Assembly: GCA_003693705.1 (NCBI GenBank)
Contig: RBZT01000797.1
Span: forward strand, 1-38,228
DNA from: Polymyxa betae A26-41
Lineage: Eukaryota > Protista > Endomyxa: Phytomyxea
Length of the DNA stretch: 38,228 nt
Direction of reading: 5' to 3'
Shown in pieces: positions 1 through 10,273 of this stretch. The notes beneath the pieces were generated by a model, which had not been told where the DNA came from, searched no databases, and saw only the letters and a list, made by a program, of their open reading frames with translations. Numbering within the stretch: the stretch's first letter is position 1; each line of letters begins with the position of its first letter. The translations under genes and the position numbers were made by a program.

Positions 1-260
1 AGATTCTAATGGTAGTCTGTTATTAACAAAAACGGGCAGAGTCAGGATTCCTTTAGAAGCTAGGGATCTGAGGGTGAGATTGTGTAACGTCGCTCATGCG
101 GGTGGCAATAGTGGGCATTTAAGAGATTGCCGACTTGACTCAGAGAGTCATCAGATAGAGCTACTTGTAGATTAGAAGGGATTATCCCAAACAGAGAGTA
201 CTTGGGAGCCCTTACAGAATCTCTGGAAAGATGTTTCTGTCTTAGTCCAGAAGTATCATA
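1..260 (+). pseudogene. pol: Ty3/gypsy (chromovirus-type) pol remnant: integrase Zn-binding start fused by deletion to a chromodomain
   Basis: Plus-strand translation RVRIPLEARDLRVRLCNVAHAGGNSGH (integrase H..H region) runs directly into ELLVD*KGLSQTESTWEPL (chromodomain-like LVxWKG...TWEP, with W mutated to stop). Confidence 0.7.
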
Positions 261-419
261 AGAGTTTAAAGTTGTCTCGCCACCCATTGGCAGACATGGT
301 CCTAGAGAGTATTAAGAAGTGGACTTTGCTTTAAGTGGCATGCTTTTCCATTAGAGCCCTGATGGTTTTTAATGCCGCTGCTTACTGTAATTTCCCAGGT
401 GCTTCTTGTTCTCGGGGAG

Positions 420-580
420 TGTAACAATATTGGATATTGTATGGCTATAATTTACGCATACTCTGGCTATCAATCAACTCCGATGAATTTCTGGATTTAC
501 TAAGGGCTTGAATACGCATATAATTAATAGAGATTCATCTTCACTAGTTCATCGTGCAATCGTCTCAGGCTTGAACGACA
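420..580 (+). repeat. Probable 3' LTR of the chromodomain gypsy element
   Basis: Purine run GGGGAG (PPT-like) directly before TGTAAC at 420; a candidate end ...GACA at 580 coincides with the switch to Helitron-like sequence. The partner LTR would lie outside the window. Confidence 0.45.
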
Positions 581-704
581 GATTGCCACAGACTGGCGCC
601 TGACTGCCTAGGAGGCCAAGTCCTTATAGCTCGACTGGAGTACAGTCAAACGCCTGACAGCAGCACTGTCAAAAATTACAAACCTTATTTTCTTTAATAT
701 ACAA
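581..704 (-). mobile_element. Truncated 5' end of a second Helitron-like copy
   Basis: 590-704 is clearly similar to 1750-1863 (GCTCGACTGG..TACAGTCAA..CCTGAC...GTCAAA...AACCTTA.TT..TTTAATATA.AA) and is cut off at the gypsy LTR. Confidence 0.5.
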
Positions 705-797
705 CTATGTGTGGGGTCGGTTCGGGATCGAACCGACTCGGGTGACTAGTCCGCAGATTGGTGTTTGTGGTTGGGGCTGTACGACGATGTTTTCTGT

Positions 798-993
798 GTA
801 GCAATCACCGAAGCGTCCTACCTCGCTCGATCACCGACACGCTGACGCGGGTACCCATGTGATGGGCTAACAGTTGTCACCCCCAGCGAAGGATCCCCGT
901 AGCAATCACCGAAGTGTCCTACCTCGCTCGATCACCGACCCGCGGACGCGGGTACCCCGGTGATGGGCTCACAGTTGTCACCCCCAACGAAGC
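798..993. repeat. Direct tandem duplication, ~100-bp unit x2
   Basis: GTAGCAATCACCGAAG.GTCCTACCTCGCTCGATCACCGAC...CAGTTGTCACCCCCA.CGAAG occurs at ~798-892 and ~899-993. Confidence 0.9.
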
Positions 994-1289
994 CACGGCC
1001 CACGCCTAAAAGCCCTTCAAATTTGGCGAATTTTCATTTTTCAATGTAACGTAAAGTCCGCGAGCCCGAACGTACCAGTATAGCCCCCCACGATGCCACA
1101 GACCACGCTTAAATCGCGAATAAATTTCGCGAAATTTCATTTTTCAGTGTAACGTAAAGTCCGCGGGCCAGTATGTCCAAAGTTGGCCGAATCCGCTCGC
1201 AAAAAACGTGACGTTTTCAGTGATTTTTGAGAGAGATACGTGATTGCAGTCTCGAACCCTATCACAATGGACAGGTCGTTGACTGACAC

Positions 1290-1650
1290 AGTCGACGAAA
1301 ACCCTAATTTGCAATATTCGTTTTTTCGTACTGGCCCAACTTCGTCAATATTTGCGTGACGGCGTCGAAATTTTCCAGATCCAGGCATAATTTGTCCCGA
1401 AGCCAGTACGACCAATCCGTGGCGCGTTCCGTGACGGTCTCCGTCCACCTATAGTTTCTGACTGGCGACAGACTGGGGACCCTGTCGTCGGAAACCCTAA
1501 TTTTTCAGATTTTTGTTTGCACTGGGCCAACACGGTCAATATTGCCGTAATACAGTCGAAATTTTTCCGAATTCGCACACCTTTCGATACATCTACGACA
1601 ACCACCGTCCCGAGTCCAGTACGACCGAATCCGTGACGGCACGGTCCAGT
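1290..1650. repeat. Diverged direct repeat, ~190-220-bp period, each unit carrying AAACCCTAA
   Basis: GTCG.CG.AAACCCTAATTT...ACTGG.CCAAC..GTCAATATT...GTCGAAATTTT at ~1290 and ~1484; CCAGTACGACC(G)AATCCGTG at ~1403 and ~1616. Confidence 0.75.
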
Positions 1651-1863
1651 CCAATCCAAAGGCACACTTGATACTGAAAGATCAGGACATCAGTACTCAG
1701 ACAGCGGGCCTCCAGGACGGGGCCTCGCGGCTCGGGAATACCGACCCGTGACTGAGCCCGATGACTGGCAAGGAGGCCGATGAGACTTGGCTCGACTGGC
1801 ATACAGTCAACCACCTGACTGGCACCAGTCAAAGTTAGCAACCTTACTTCTTTTAATATATAA

Positions 1864-3990
1864 TTGAATCCGAAAAGTACGAGCAGAAAAAACATGAGGA
1901 TAAGCTGCAGGAATTTATGGCTAAGCGTGTCCACGATCCTGGAAGCTTCAAACCGTATGATAGGTCAAAGGACCCGAACCACACATACAAGCGATCAGGT
2001 TATTATGGAGTTGATGCGCTTTCTAAGCATTTGGAAAGTGGAAGGGACGCCATCCGCCAGTTCAAGACCGATTTTATGCATGCATCATTAAAAGTAAGTT
2101 TTCCATATTGTTCCAGCATTGATGTTAACCTGTCATAGAATATGGCGAGAACCTTAATTGAGGCCTTAGATTGTGAACCTGGAGGATCTGGACTGGTATT
2201 CGATGTTAACGCTCGGGATGCCGAAAAACAGTTGAGCAGACTGCCCCAAAATTGGGGAGAATCAGCACCTTTGCCCTGGGCACTCTCAAAAGGAAGCCGT
2301 TCAGAAATCCTGAAGCGATTACAGAGCTTAAGAAACCCTGAGAGTAAGCAACATGACAATGTGCTTAGTCCATCACTAACTATGCCCTCAGGGTCGCCTG
2401 AGCTATTCCACCCATATGTCTCATCGTCTGTTCTTGTTAAGAATGCTCAGTGGCATATGATGCTGCAGGGGCTGTTCAAATTCTTGACCCGAGGGCAATT
2501 CGGTCTAGAAAACGGTGCAAAGAAATTCGAGAAATCACTTTATTTGTTCTTTGATAGGCTATCCGAGTGTTTGTGTTTGATCATTAAACGCTCATAGTTG
2601 GCAACAATGCAAGTCAAATTGACCGAGGCGCTGTCGAAACTGGAAGCGGTACTAGTTCTGTGCTCACAACTATTATCTGAATCAAAAATTATCATAGCAA
2701 ATGCCAAGTATGCTACTAACCCTTCCCATCCATTTCTCTCTACATATCGTGTCGCACATTCTGGGCCACTGACAGGAGCATCTTTGAACTTTTGGTCGGA
2801 AAGGTTCATGAGACCGGCGAAGTCCATGAACCATGCTACCGGGGGTCAGTCTGTGAACATCCTGAAGAATTTCACAGAGCAAGTTGCAGTGTCTTGCTTT
2901 AAATATTTCGCTCACAATAATACCATCCTTTGACAATTTTGATGTGGGGTCCATGATTCAGGTATGAGCACCACTCCCGATTTTCCCATAACTCAGATAG
3001 AATCTGGACGTTTGGGGATTGCGGCGATGTTGATGATGACGATGCACTGGATAACGCTGAAACATTTCCAGTTGTACTCAAAGGAATGACTTGCAAATTG
3101 GTAGAATGTTGTTTCTTTTGTTAACCATAATGTATTAATGAAATTTATAGGGAAACTTCATGAGGATCTGTTCCATAAAGTGGAACCGTACCGTCGTGCA
3201 GTCTTGGCTTACAACGCAAGCTTGAAAAAGCCTTTCAGCCCGGAGACGCTTCAGCAGAAACCAATTCAGTTTTGGCAACAGAACCAGGACGAACAGGCCA
3301 GGTTTTTATCTTCTAGCGGATTCGACGAATCGCTGACACAAGAGTTAAAAGGTAGGTCAAATGAGACCGAAATTAGCGTTTGCATATTCAGAATCTATCT
3401 TCGACTAGCATGATTTAGAGAATTTCAGTTTTTTTTGGAGAAAATAAACAGTGTTTGCCTTCGATGCTGATATGGTGTCAACTTTGTCGACTTAGCATCT
3501 TATAAAAGCATTCTATAGCATAGTCATTCCTTTGCAATAGGCCAGTTCAGCACCACAAACCGTTTGACTCACCGGGGTAAGCTTTTTCGAGGACGAGATT
3601 ATGAAAGAACAAGAGAGCTAAAACAAGCAACCATATGATGCAGGTTAGGGTGACTGCAACTTCTAGCAAACCAGATATATGGTTTGGGGCTGCAATTTGG
3701 TTCACAAAGATAAGGATTAAAAGCAATACCTGTGCCAGGCAAATCGCATTTGTCGAGTGGTATCGATCACTCCATAATCCTAAAGTTGGCTGCACCTTCC
3801 ATGAAGAAACCGGCTTGCCCAGAATCCAGGCAATGACGACTGCAGAAAATAAGAAATGGTCCCAATGGGTTTTATGGAAGCCGTAGAGCCAGTGAATATA
3901 ATGCTTGGGAAAAAAGAGCGACAGAAAGGGTATTCTGCTATCAGAACTGGAAGAACAGAAGACAACAGCATATTCTGAGCACAATAAAAG
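1864..3990 (+). pseudogene. CACTA/EnSpm (Tnp2-like) transposase, C-terminal part, intron-containing and degraded (copy 1)
   Basis: Splicing intron 2094-2138 (GTAAGT..CATAG) gives DFMHASLKNMARTL (cf. CACTA DVMHIEKN). Downstream are QWHMMLQGLFKFLTRG, TLPIHFSLHIVSHI/GPL..FWSERF (DUF4218-like H..H..GP..ER) and a C-terminal IAFVEWY. Several stops and frameshifts; the 5' part is missing at the Helitron junction. Confidence 0.75.
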
Positions 3991-4199
3991 CTTCGAGAGA
4001 ACACCCAAATGGATGAATTTAATCACGATTGTTTTATTTTGGTTATGTATTACATCCTCATCTTCATACGTTGTCGAGAAAAAAAGCCAAAATGAAAGGA
4101 CAGTTGCAATTGTTTTCAACAAACGGATACAGCCGATAAATTTTGAGCTTAACAAACGATGCTGCTAAAACAAATGGTTAAAATGATGTTGATAGAAAT

Positions 4200-5400
4200 G
4201 ACCATGTCTGTGACACCGACGACGGCTGCGGTCCAGCACTACGATTTAACTTAATAAGAAGGAAGACGACATCGACCACATTCAAGACCGCGTTCAACAA
4301 CTACGCCGATGACAGCTCAAATCTGACCACGACTGGGTTGACGACGAAAACGACCAACACCTCTATGGTGACCACGACGACGACCCACACCTCTATGCTG
4401 ACCACGACGGCGACGACGCCGTCCACGAACCAGACCCGAGAATGACGGCGACGATGCCGAACACGACATGTTATCTAAACTATTACTATATCCAGAACTT
4501 TTAAAGATAAACCATAAAATATTTTTTGAAAAGCAAAATACAGTGAAGAACCTCTGACGATGACGATGCCTACCTCCATACCGACCTTCCCTTCGACGGT
4601 TTAGTACGACGACGATAGCGACTATGATGCCGACCAAGACCCCGATGGCAAGGTAAGACAGCGATCGACGACGCCCACGATTACGACGCCCACGATACGA
4701 CCCCAACGATACGACAGCTTCGACCACAACGACGTCGGCCACGATACCGACGACGGCGGCCCAGAACGACGACGACCACGATTAGGCCACGACAACCGCG
4801 ACTATGATGATGTCCAAGACAGCGACCCCGACGCGACGACACGACAACTTCGACCATAACGACGTTGGCCACGATACCGACCACGGCGGCCCAGTACGAC
4901 GACGACGCCGGCCACGATTACTCTCTAACAGACTATCACGATTATGATAACATCCACAAAAACCTTTATAAATGCTAAATTCAAAATATAAAGCAAACCA
5001 TAGAATATAAAAAAAAAAATCAACACCTTTATGATGACGATCATGATGATCACAATCATGTCCACCAATCCAGCAGCATATTTGGGCGATGAAGGCGACC
5101 AAGACGACGGTCCGACATCACGATGGCAAAAAACGACCACGACTGAAGTCCAATGAGAGTCAATAACGTCCATGATTACGACCCGACGACCGCGACGACC
5201 ATGATGCCTACCTCGACAACTATAACGACAAGCACGACGTCCACGACGGCGACCTGGTGCGACGATGATGACGAACGTCCAGCAGCCCAACAATGATGGC
5301 AGCCACGACTACGATTGCGAAGTAGCCCGATGATTAGCACTAAATAGTGTCCTGCATACAATCATAAGCATTAAACCATAAGAAGTTGAAAGACGATGAA
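4200..5400. repeat. Low-complexity (CGA/CCA)-rich tandem array punctuated by AT-rich blocks
   Basis: Dense GACGACGAC/ACCACG runs; ~130-bp internal duplication (4714-4784 vs 4843-4920); AT-rich blocks sharing AAACCATA at about 4510, 4995 and 5373. Confidence 0.8.
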
Positions 5401-6069
5401 ATTGAAAAGTAAAAAGAACGTCGACATTTCATTAATAAACATTCCTGAATACATTTGCAGTGAAGAGTGTTCGAATCTGGATGATATTATTGAATATAGT
5501 ACTGCTAAACGACGCTTCTTCGTCAGATACCAGAGGACTGAGCATACCAATAAAGGCAGCGACAGACGCTGATATTAAAATGATGAAAAGGCAGGAGGCG
5601 AAAGGAAAGTCCTCTATTTTTCGGGGCCTCCGCTCCACTCTATAGCGCTTATCTTCAAAATCGCAGAGGAAAACGCAGGAATTTGGCAGATCGCAGGAAT
5701 ATGCGTGGAATACTCAGTTTATTGAAGGAAAGCTCCAGAAAGGGCAGACAATTGGCGTTCCTGTATATGCAAACATTCTGTTGCAGATATTGATGCGACA
5801 GCGGTCTCTTGCTGACACAACCATAAATGAGCAGGCATGAATGACGACGACCAATTTGATGAAATTTTGTGAATCTATACAACTTACTCCATTATCTAAA
5901 AATTAACGTCTAAGATTTATCTACGAAACGCAGGATCGCGTATAGCATATAATGTCTAGGAATGAGAGCAAGCGCGTGAGCAGGAATCGACTCGCGCTAA
6001 CAATGAGTTGGGATCTAATGTTGAGAACCCTAACACGAATGCTCCACGAAACGGTCAGTGTTTGGATTT

Positions 6070-6577
6070 CTTCACACATTCGTAGTCTAGCAGTCTTTTT
6101 CTGCAACGTTGACAGAACAGGCACACCGCATGCCTCTCTACGCTGTTGGATATTTAATTCCTTCTCGAGAAGAACATAGTGGATGCGCATAAATATTGTC
6201 TTCTGCATACGGAATCGTCGACAGAAAGTAGCGCATCTCGAATACAGGTTGATTCGAAAAAATTGTCAGCAAAAAGACGAGCGTCAGCTTCTGATCGCTT
6301 TGTTATGAGCGCGCCCAAGTTTAGATCCACCAGGACCATCGCCAGTAGTTGACAAACTGCTGCCGCTACTGGACGATTCTTCGTCGCTGGCCAGCTCTTC
6401 CATGAATCCACGTCGACCAAAGAGGTTGAAGGCTTTCATCTACAAAGTGTTGCATGTTTGACATTTACAAAAATCTTTTAGTTACTGGGACATAGCCCAG
6501 CTCCCGCTGTTTGATAGGCTATTGTGACCCGCAGCAGGCTAAAACCCAATCAAATATACCAACAGCTGGAGATGCTC
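6070..6577 (-). mobile_element. PIF/Harbinger (Plant_tran-like) element: 5' TIR plus N-terminal transposase fragment
   Basis: The minus strand begins TTA|GAGCATCTCCAGC (Tourist/PIF-type terminus with TTA target). Coding remnants ADARLFADNF and RRFRMQKTIFMRI...QQRREACGVPVLSTLQKKTARLRM match the PIF RRRFRM..F.RI / QRRDA.G..GLS.LQK.TAA.RM motifs. The other TIR was not found. Confidence 0.75.
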
Positions 6578-6580
6578 TAA

Positions 6581-7040
6581 TGTAAGCTGAGCAATAGATA
6601 AATCGGAAACGATTCAATTAAGGGTTGTCATCCAATTCATAATCAAGCTTTTGACAACGATCCAGAGCAAGTGGATCAGGGATACGAAGTGGTGGCAGGT
6701 TGATTTCCGGCAAAGCAGTCATAACAGCAATGAATACGTCCACGAGCCCGAAGAAAATGTTCACGAGAAACATAATTGCTTGATCGTCTCTTAGCCTCGG
6801 CACTGTGATTATAGTTTTATGGGTGCCGCTAATCTTTTCTTCCTGAATCTGAATCTGAAAAAAAACGATTCTGAAATTTGAAATGAAACTGAATCCGATT
6901 GTGAAAGGGTTACAAAATCAACTAGGTATTTGAATCTCAATAAAGCAGGCGACTAGTCACACGGGACTCTAACGGGGTGCTATCTGAATCTGAGTCCCTC
7001 AAAATCAGCGTTCCGAAAACTCTCTAGTGTGGCCACCATT
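6581..7040 (-). pseudogene. 5' fragment of a Harbinger-type transposase with a possible TIR near 7035
   Basis: MPRLRDDQAIMFLVNIF...ELDD..LNRFRF resembles the N-terminus of the Harbinger at 18722 (MLPAISENEAIMFIISIF...DLDD..RHMFRF). It is interrupted by the PIF element at 6577. TAATGGTGGCCACACTAG is a candidate terminus. Confidence 0.45.
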
Positions 7041-7198
7041 AGAGAGCCATTGGAGTAGAGGGTAGGGGGTTGTATACTAAAATTTATTCGTGTGTAGCGT
7101 TGCTTATTTGTGTGGCTCGACCAAGGAAGGATCTTGCATATGTCATTGATGGGTTTCCGAGCCCCGAATTCTGGGTAAAACATTGGGAGTCGTTGTGC

Positions 7199-7770
7199 TT
7201 AGAGTCGGGATGGAGTCTGCATGTCCCAGATTTCTTGCTGGTTCAAGTTAGCCATGAGAATGGCTTCACAGACAGAATCTTCCACCTGGCCTTCTCGAAA
7301 TTGCAGCAACTTTGGGATCTTCGAAACCGTGGTGTCCTTTCGCGTAGGCTGCAGTTTCAGTGGAGTCTTGTGGTAGGCCCCCCAAATTCTTATTGATGAT
7401 AACCGGCTCGTTGCGGTGGCGGAGTTTGGTGAGGCCTGAACATTGGAGATGTAACTCGAAATATATTGCGGATTCTTTGTTTGTGACCAGAATTTCACCC
7501 AGGCTCGAACTCTACTGCCTCGCCCGTTCGGCTCATGCTTATAGCATTGCTCATTGAGCATAGCGTAAGCAGTTGTCAGGTCGATAACAGAGCTTAGTTC
7601 GTCATCGCCGAGAAAAGACATATAAGATTTCGTTCTCTCTGCTTGTTTTTTTGGAGCTCGTCTTTGATAACAACCGGAATGCAATTGCCATTGTCGTCTT
7701 TAGGTTTTAAGGTACCTAAATATCTCTCGTGCAGCACACGGCCTTTATTTCACCTTCGACAGTTATTGTT
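7199..7770 (-). pseudogene. Degraded gene, possibly alpha-kinase-like
   Basis: Fragments across frames, in order: LGTL..CIPVVIK, DDELSSVIDLTTAYAML, IYFELHLQCSGLTKL, GFEDPKV, QFREGQVEDSVCEAILM. The order is reminiscent of alpha-kinase subdomains, but the match is weak. Confidence 0.25.
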
Positions 7771-8380
7771 TTTTTAGAGATCTGATTGTCGTGACAGGAG
7801 AATGACTTTCTTATTGGACCAAATGGACAAATTACCGATATCTTTGGTGCATTGGAAAGTCAGTTACAAGAGCGAGAAAGTATTTTCTGAAAACCGCTTT
7901 GGTCCCTAATATTGGGGCTCCAAATCCTTGCATGGCATTTTAAAATATCTAGGAAGTCCGGTAACTGCATTGGAATCAGAGACAAATGAATGAGGGATCT
8001 GGTCACAATTGGAAACATCGGATTAACAAAACGAGGTTGTTAACCGCGCAACTAGTTGCGTCGGAGACTTGCTGTTGCGCGCCTCGCAGAATTGGATAAC
8101 GTCGAAACTTCATCTTTCTCGCCGTTACCCTCTCTATTCCACGCTGCCCTGATCAACATGTTCAGCAGAAAAACAAGACTGTTGCTCCCCATAATTGCCG
8201 GCGTTGATGAACCGATGGGGACTGGAGATGGCGGGATGAAGATGTGATTAATAAAGATTGATGGGACAATTCTCACTCAGATAGCAGTCCTGTATCTGAG
8301 GCTGGCAATACCGGTTGCGCATGGTTCGTCGACTCTGAGCCTACATTTCTCTCCTGAAAAGCTTCCACTTGGGCTAGGCT

Positions 8381-8830
8381 ATGTTCGAAGTCGGAACCTT
8401 GTTCGAGTCAGCTTCGGAGGCCAAAAAAGCGTCAAGGGAATTTTGTAGGTGCCCTGTCGCCAAACGAAGTGCACCTCAACACTTTCATCTTGATTTCGAA
8501 TCTACTTTATCACAATCTTACATTTGCGAGCTAATTGATGAACGCGAAGAATTCATTCTGCTCACCAGTTCGCAACCAGTGATCATGCGTCAAAAATTAG
8601 AGCCGTCCGCTTTCTCGTGCACTCAGCTGCACATTCATGCTCTTGCCAAAAAGACATTTGCATGGGATTGTTTGCAGGCAGGTTATTGCAGTTTCCAAAA
8701 AAGCAAAATGCTGCAATTCCATTTGGAGATGTGCAACTCCCGCTGGACAAGAGAATTTACCTCAGCGCACTGTCAAAACATGTCACGAACTAGACGAATA
8801 CTGTTGTCTTATCATGATGATGCAGTGTGA
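8381..8830 (+). pseudogene. Mutator/MULE transposase remnant (N-terminal MuDR DNA-binding start joined to a SWIM finger)
   Basis: MFEVGTLFESASEAKKASREF matches the MuDR F.VG..F.S..E.K.A pattern; HSCSCQKT/HGIVCRQVIAV is a frameshifted SWIM CxC...GIxCxHxIAV. The catalytic core is deleted. Confidence 0.65.
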
Positions 8831-9927
8831 TTCACAAAAAACTGCTGCGCACAATTTTATAAGCAGGCATTTTAGAGTGATTCCAATCATTTATTTCGTT
8901 AGTCACTGTGATTCATTTGCACTCCGCTCCTCCTGAGCAAATATGTTTCCAAATAAGCGATGCTTGCATCCCTTTGCCGTCCAATCGTATAAGGACGCAG
9001 TCTGGTCGCCTTGGAAGTGCTTTTGAAAGCAAAGCATAAGCGGTCGAAGAGGTATACGATTCGAAGTTCCGAAAAGCAATTGAATACAGCGGTTTTATCT
9101 TATCTTTGGCATTGCTGCCTGGTGGTCATCATAAATTGCAACTTTTACTCATCTGTAATTTCTTTCCCTAATCCAGATCGATCGATACCACAGCCGCCGA
9201 AAACCTGCTTCCGACGTTCCGGCCCCGAAACTTCGTTGAGATTCAGCTGCGGCTAGGTTGCCATTGGAAGAAGAGGCGCACTGGTGCGCCCGCTAGTTGT
9301 ATGGCATTTTCGTAGCTGTGTCGTTCCACACGACAATCCAAACCCTAAGCCCTATAATCCTAGCTGGTGAAGTTGGAGGGGCGCAGCCTCTCAAAACCGA
9401 TGATGAAGCTACTCCTGCGCAACCATCTCGAGAGGCCGCTCCAGCCAAGACAGCTGCTATAACCAGCAGCGGCCCCGTACGTTGTCAAGTCAAGTGCCGC
9501 TTCTATAGTTCTACTAAGCGACGTTCGCGCAGCCCCTGTCCTGACCTGTCCTGTTTCTGGGTCCTTTTCTACTAATATTCTTTTGGCAAAAGAATGTGGT
9601 TGAGTAGATCCGCACCGGGTTCATCAATCACTTCGTCGATGACGCCGTACAGCACCTATTTGGTCAAGCACTTGTTCAATGCCATAGCAATCAAGGCGAA
9701 AATCGTATGGCCTTCGGAAACCCATATCCAACGTCTTTGAGAAGTTCTAGTCGAATTTCAGACAAGATCAGCAAATTCACCTCCCTGTTTACGTCGCAGC
9801 TTCCCAATGGCTGTACATGTTGGAAATGCACCGGTGACATCTGTAAGGGCGCAAACACCTGGCAACTGGGACCAGCCAGACGTTCATCACCAGGACGGGC
9901 GGGCGAACCTGAGTTGCGATGGTGAAC

Positions 9928-10221
9928 TGTAGAATTCCAACCTGGTACCCTGGTCGTGGACCCTGGGGCGACGCATGGCCACACACAACAGATAGCGCAA
10001 CCCTGCATATCGCCCACTGTGACAGTGATGCCAACAGTGCCAACTGCTTGCATGGTAAGTCCATGGCGGAGTTTATTGCTTATATGACAGTGCCCTATTC
10101 TATGGTCCATATATAATGGCCATCGAGCCCATAATACATTCATCTATTTTCTCTCTTCCTGTAACGTCTTCCTTTCTATCTTTCGATTAAGACCCGGGTC
10201 CTTCAGCCCTGCTGTCTAACA
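9928..10221 (+). repeat. Copia 5' LTR (family A)
   Basis: TGTAGAATTCC...GCTGTCTAACA matches 14567-14835 apart from a ~30-bp extra segment, small indels and scattered substitutions. Confidence 0.95.
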
Positions 10222-10235
10222 GATTAAGAGTCCCA
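10222..10235 (+). promoter_or_regulatory. Primer-binding site complementary to the anticodon arm of tRNA-Lys(CUU)
   Basis: GATTAAGAGTCCCA abuts the LTR with no gap. Its reverse complement TGGGACTCTTAATC contains a CT-CTT-AA anticodon loop. There is no TGG start. Confidence 0.7.
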
Positions 10236-10273
10236 ATAATCTCTCCCCTCTCTTTCTCTCTCTCCCTCTCATC

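Larger units (their letters stand above)
705..1863 (-). mobile_element. Non-autonomous Helitron-like element with internal tandem repeats
   Basis: The minus strand starts A|TTATATATTAAAAG at 1863 and ends with a GC-rich hairpin (713-739, GAGTCGGTTCG..CGAACCGACCC) about 8 nt before ...CATAG at 705. No TSD or TIR; no coding capacity recognised. Confidence 0.5.

Noticed and set aside
708-790. tRNA/SINE-like B-box (GGTTCGATCCC, minus strand) followed by CCA
   Set aside because: No matching acceptor stem, D-arm or anticodon arm upstream; better explained as a terminal hairpin.
798-993. CRISPR-like direct repeats
   Set aside because: Only two ~100-bp units, no unique spacers, no cas genes, and a eukaryotic context.
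4317-5361. Arg/Val-rich ORFs as real proteins
   Set aside because: They arise from stop-poor (GTC)n low-complexity sequence in several overlapping frames.
9691-10143. Paralogous ORFs MNVLWARWPLYM at 9691-10143 and 14307-14753
   Set aside because: They are antisense translations of the two copia LTRs.
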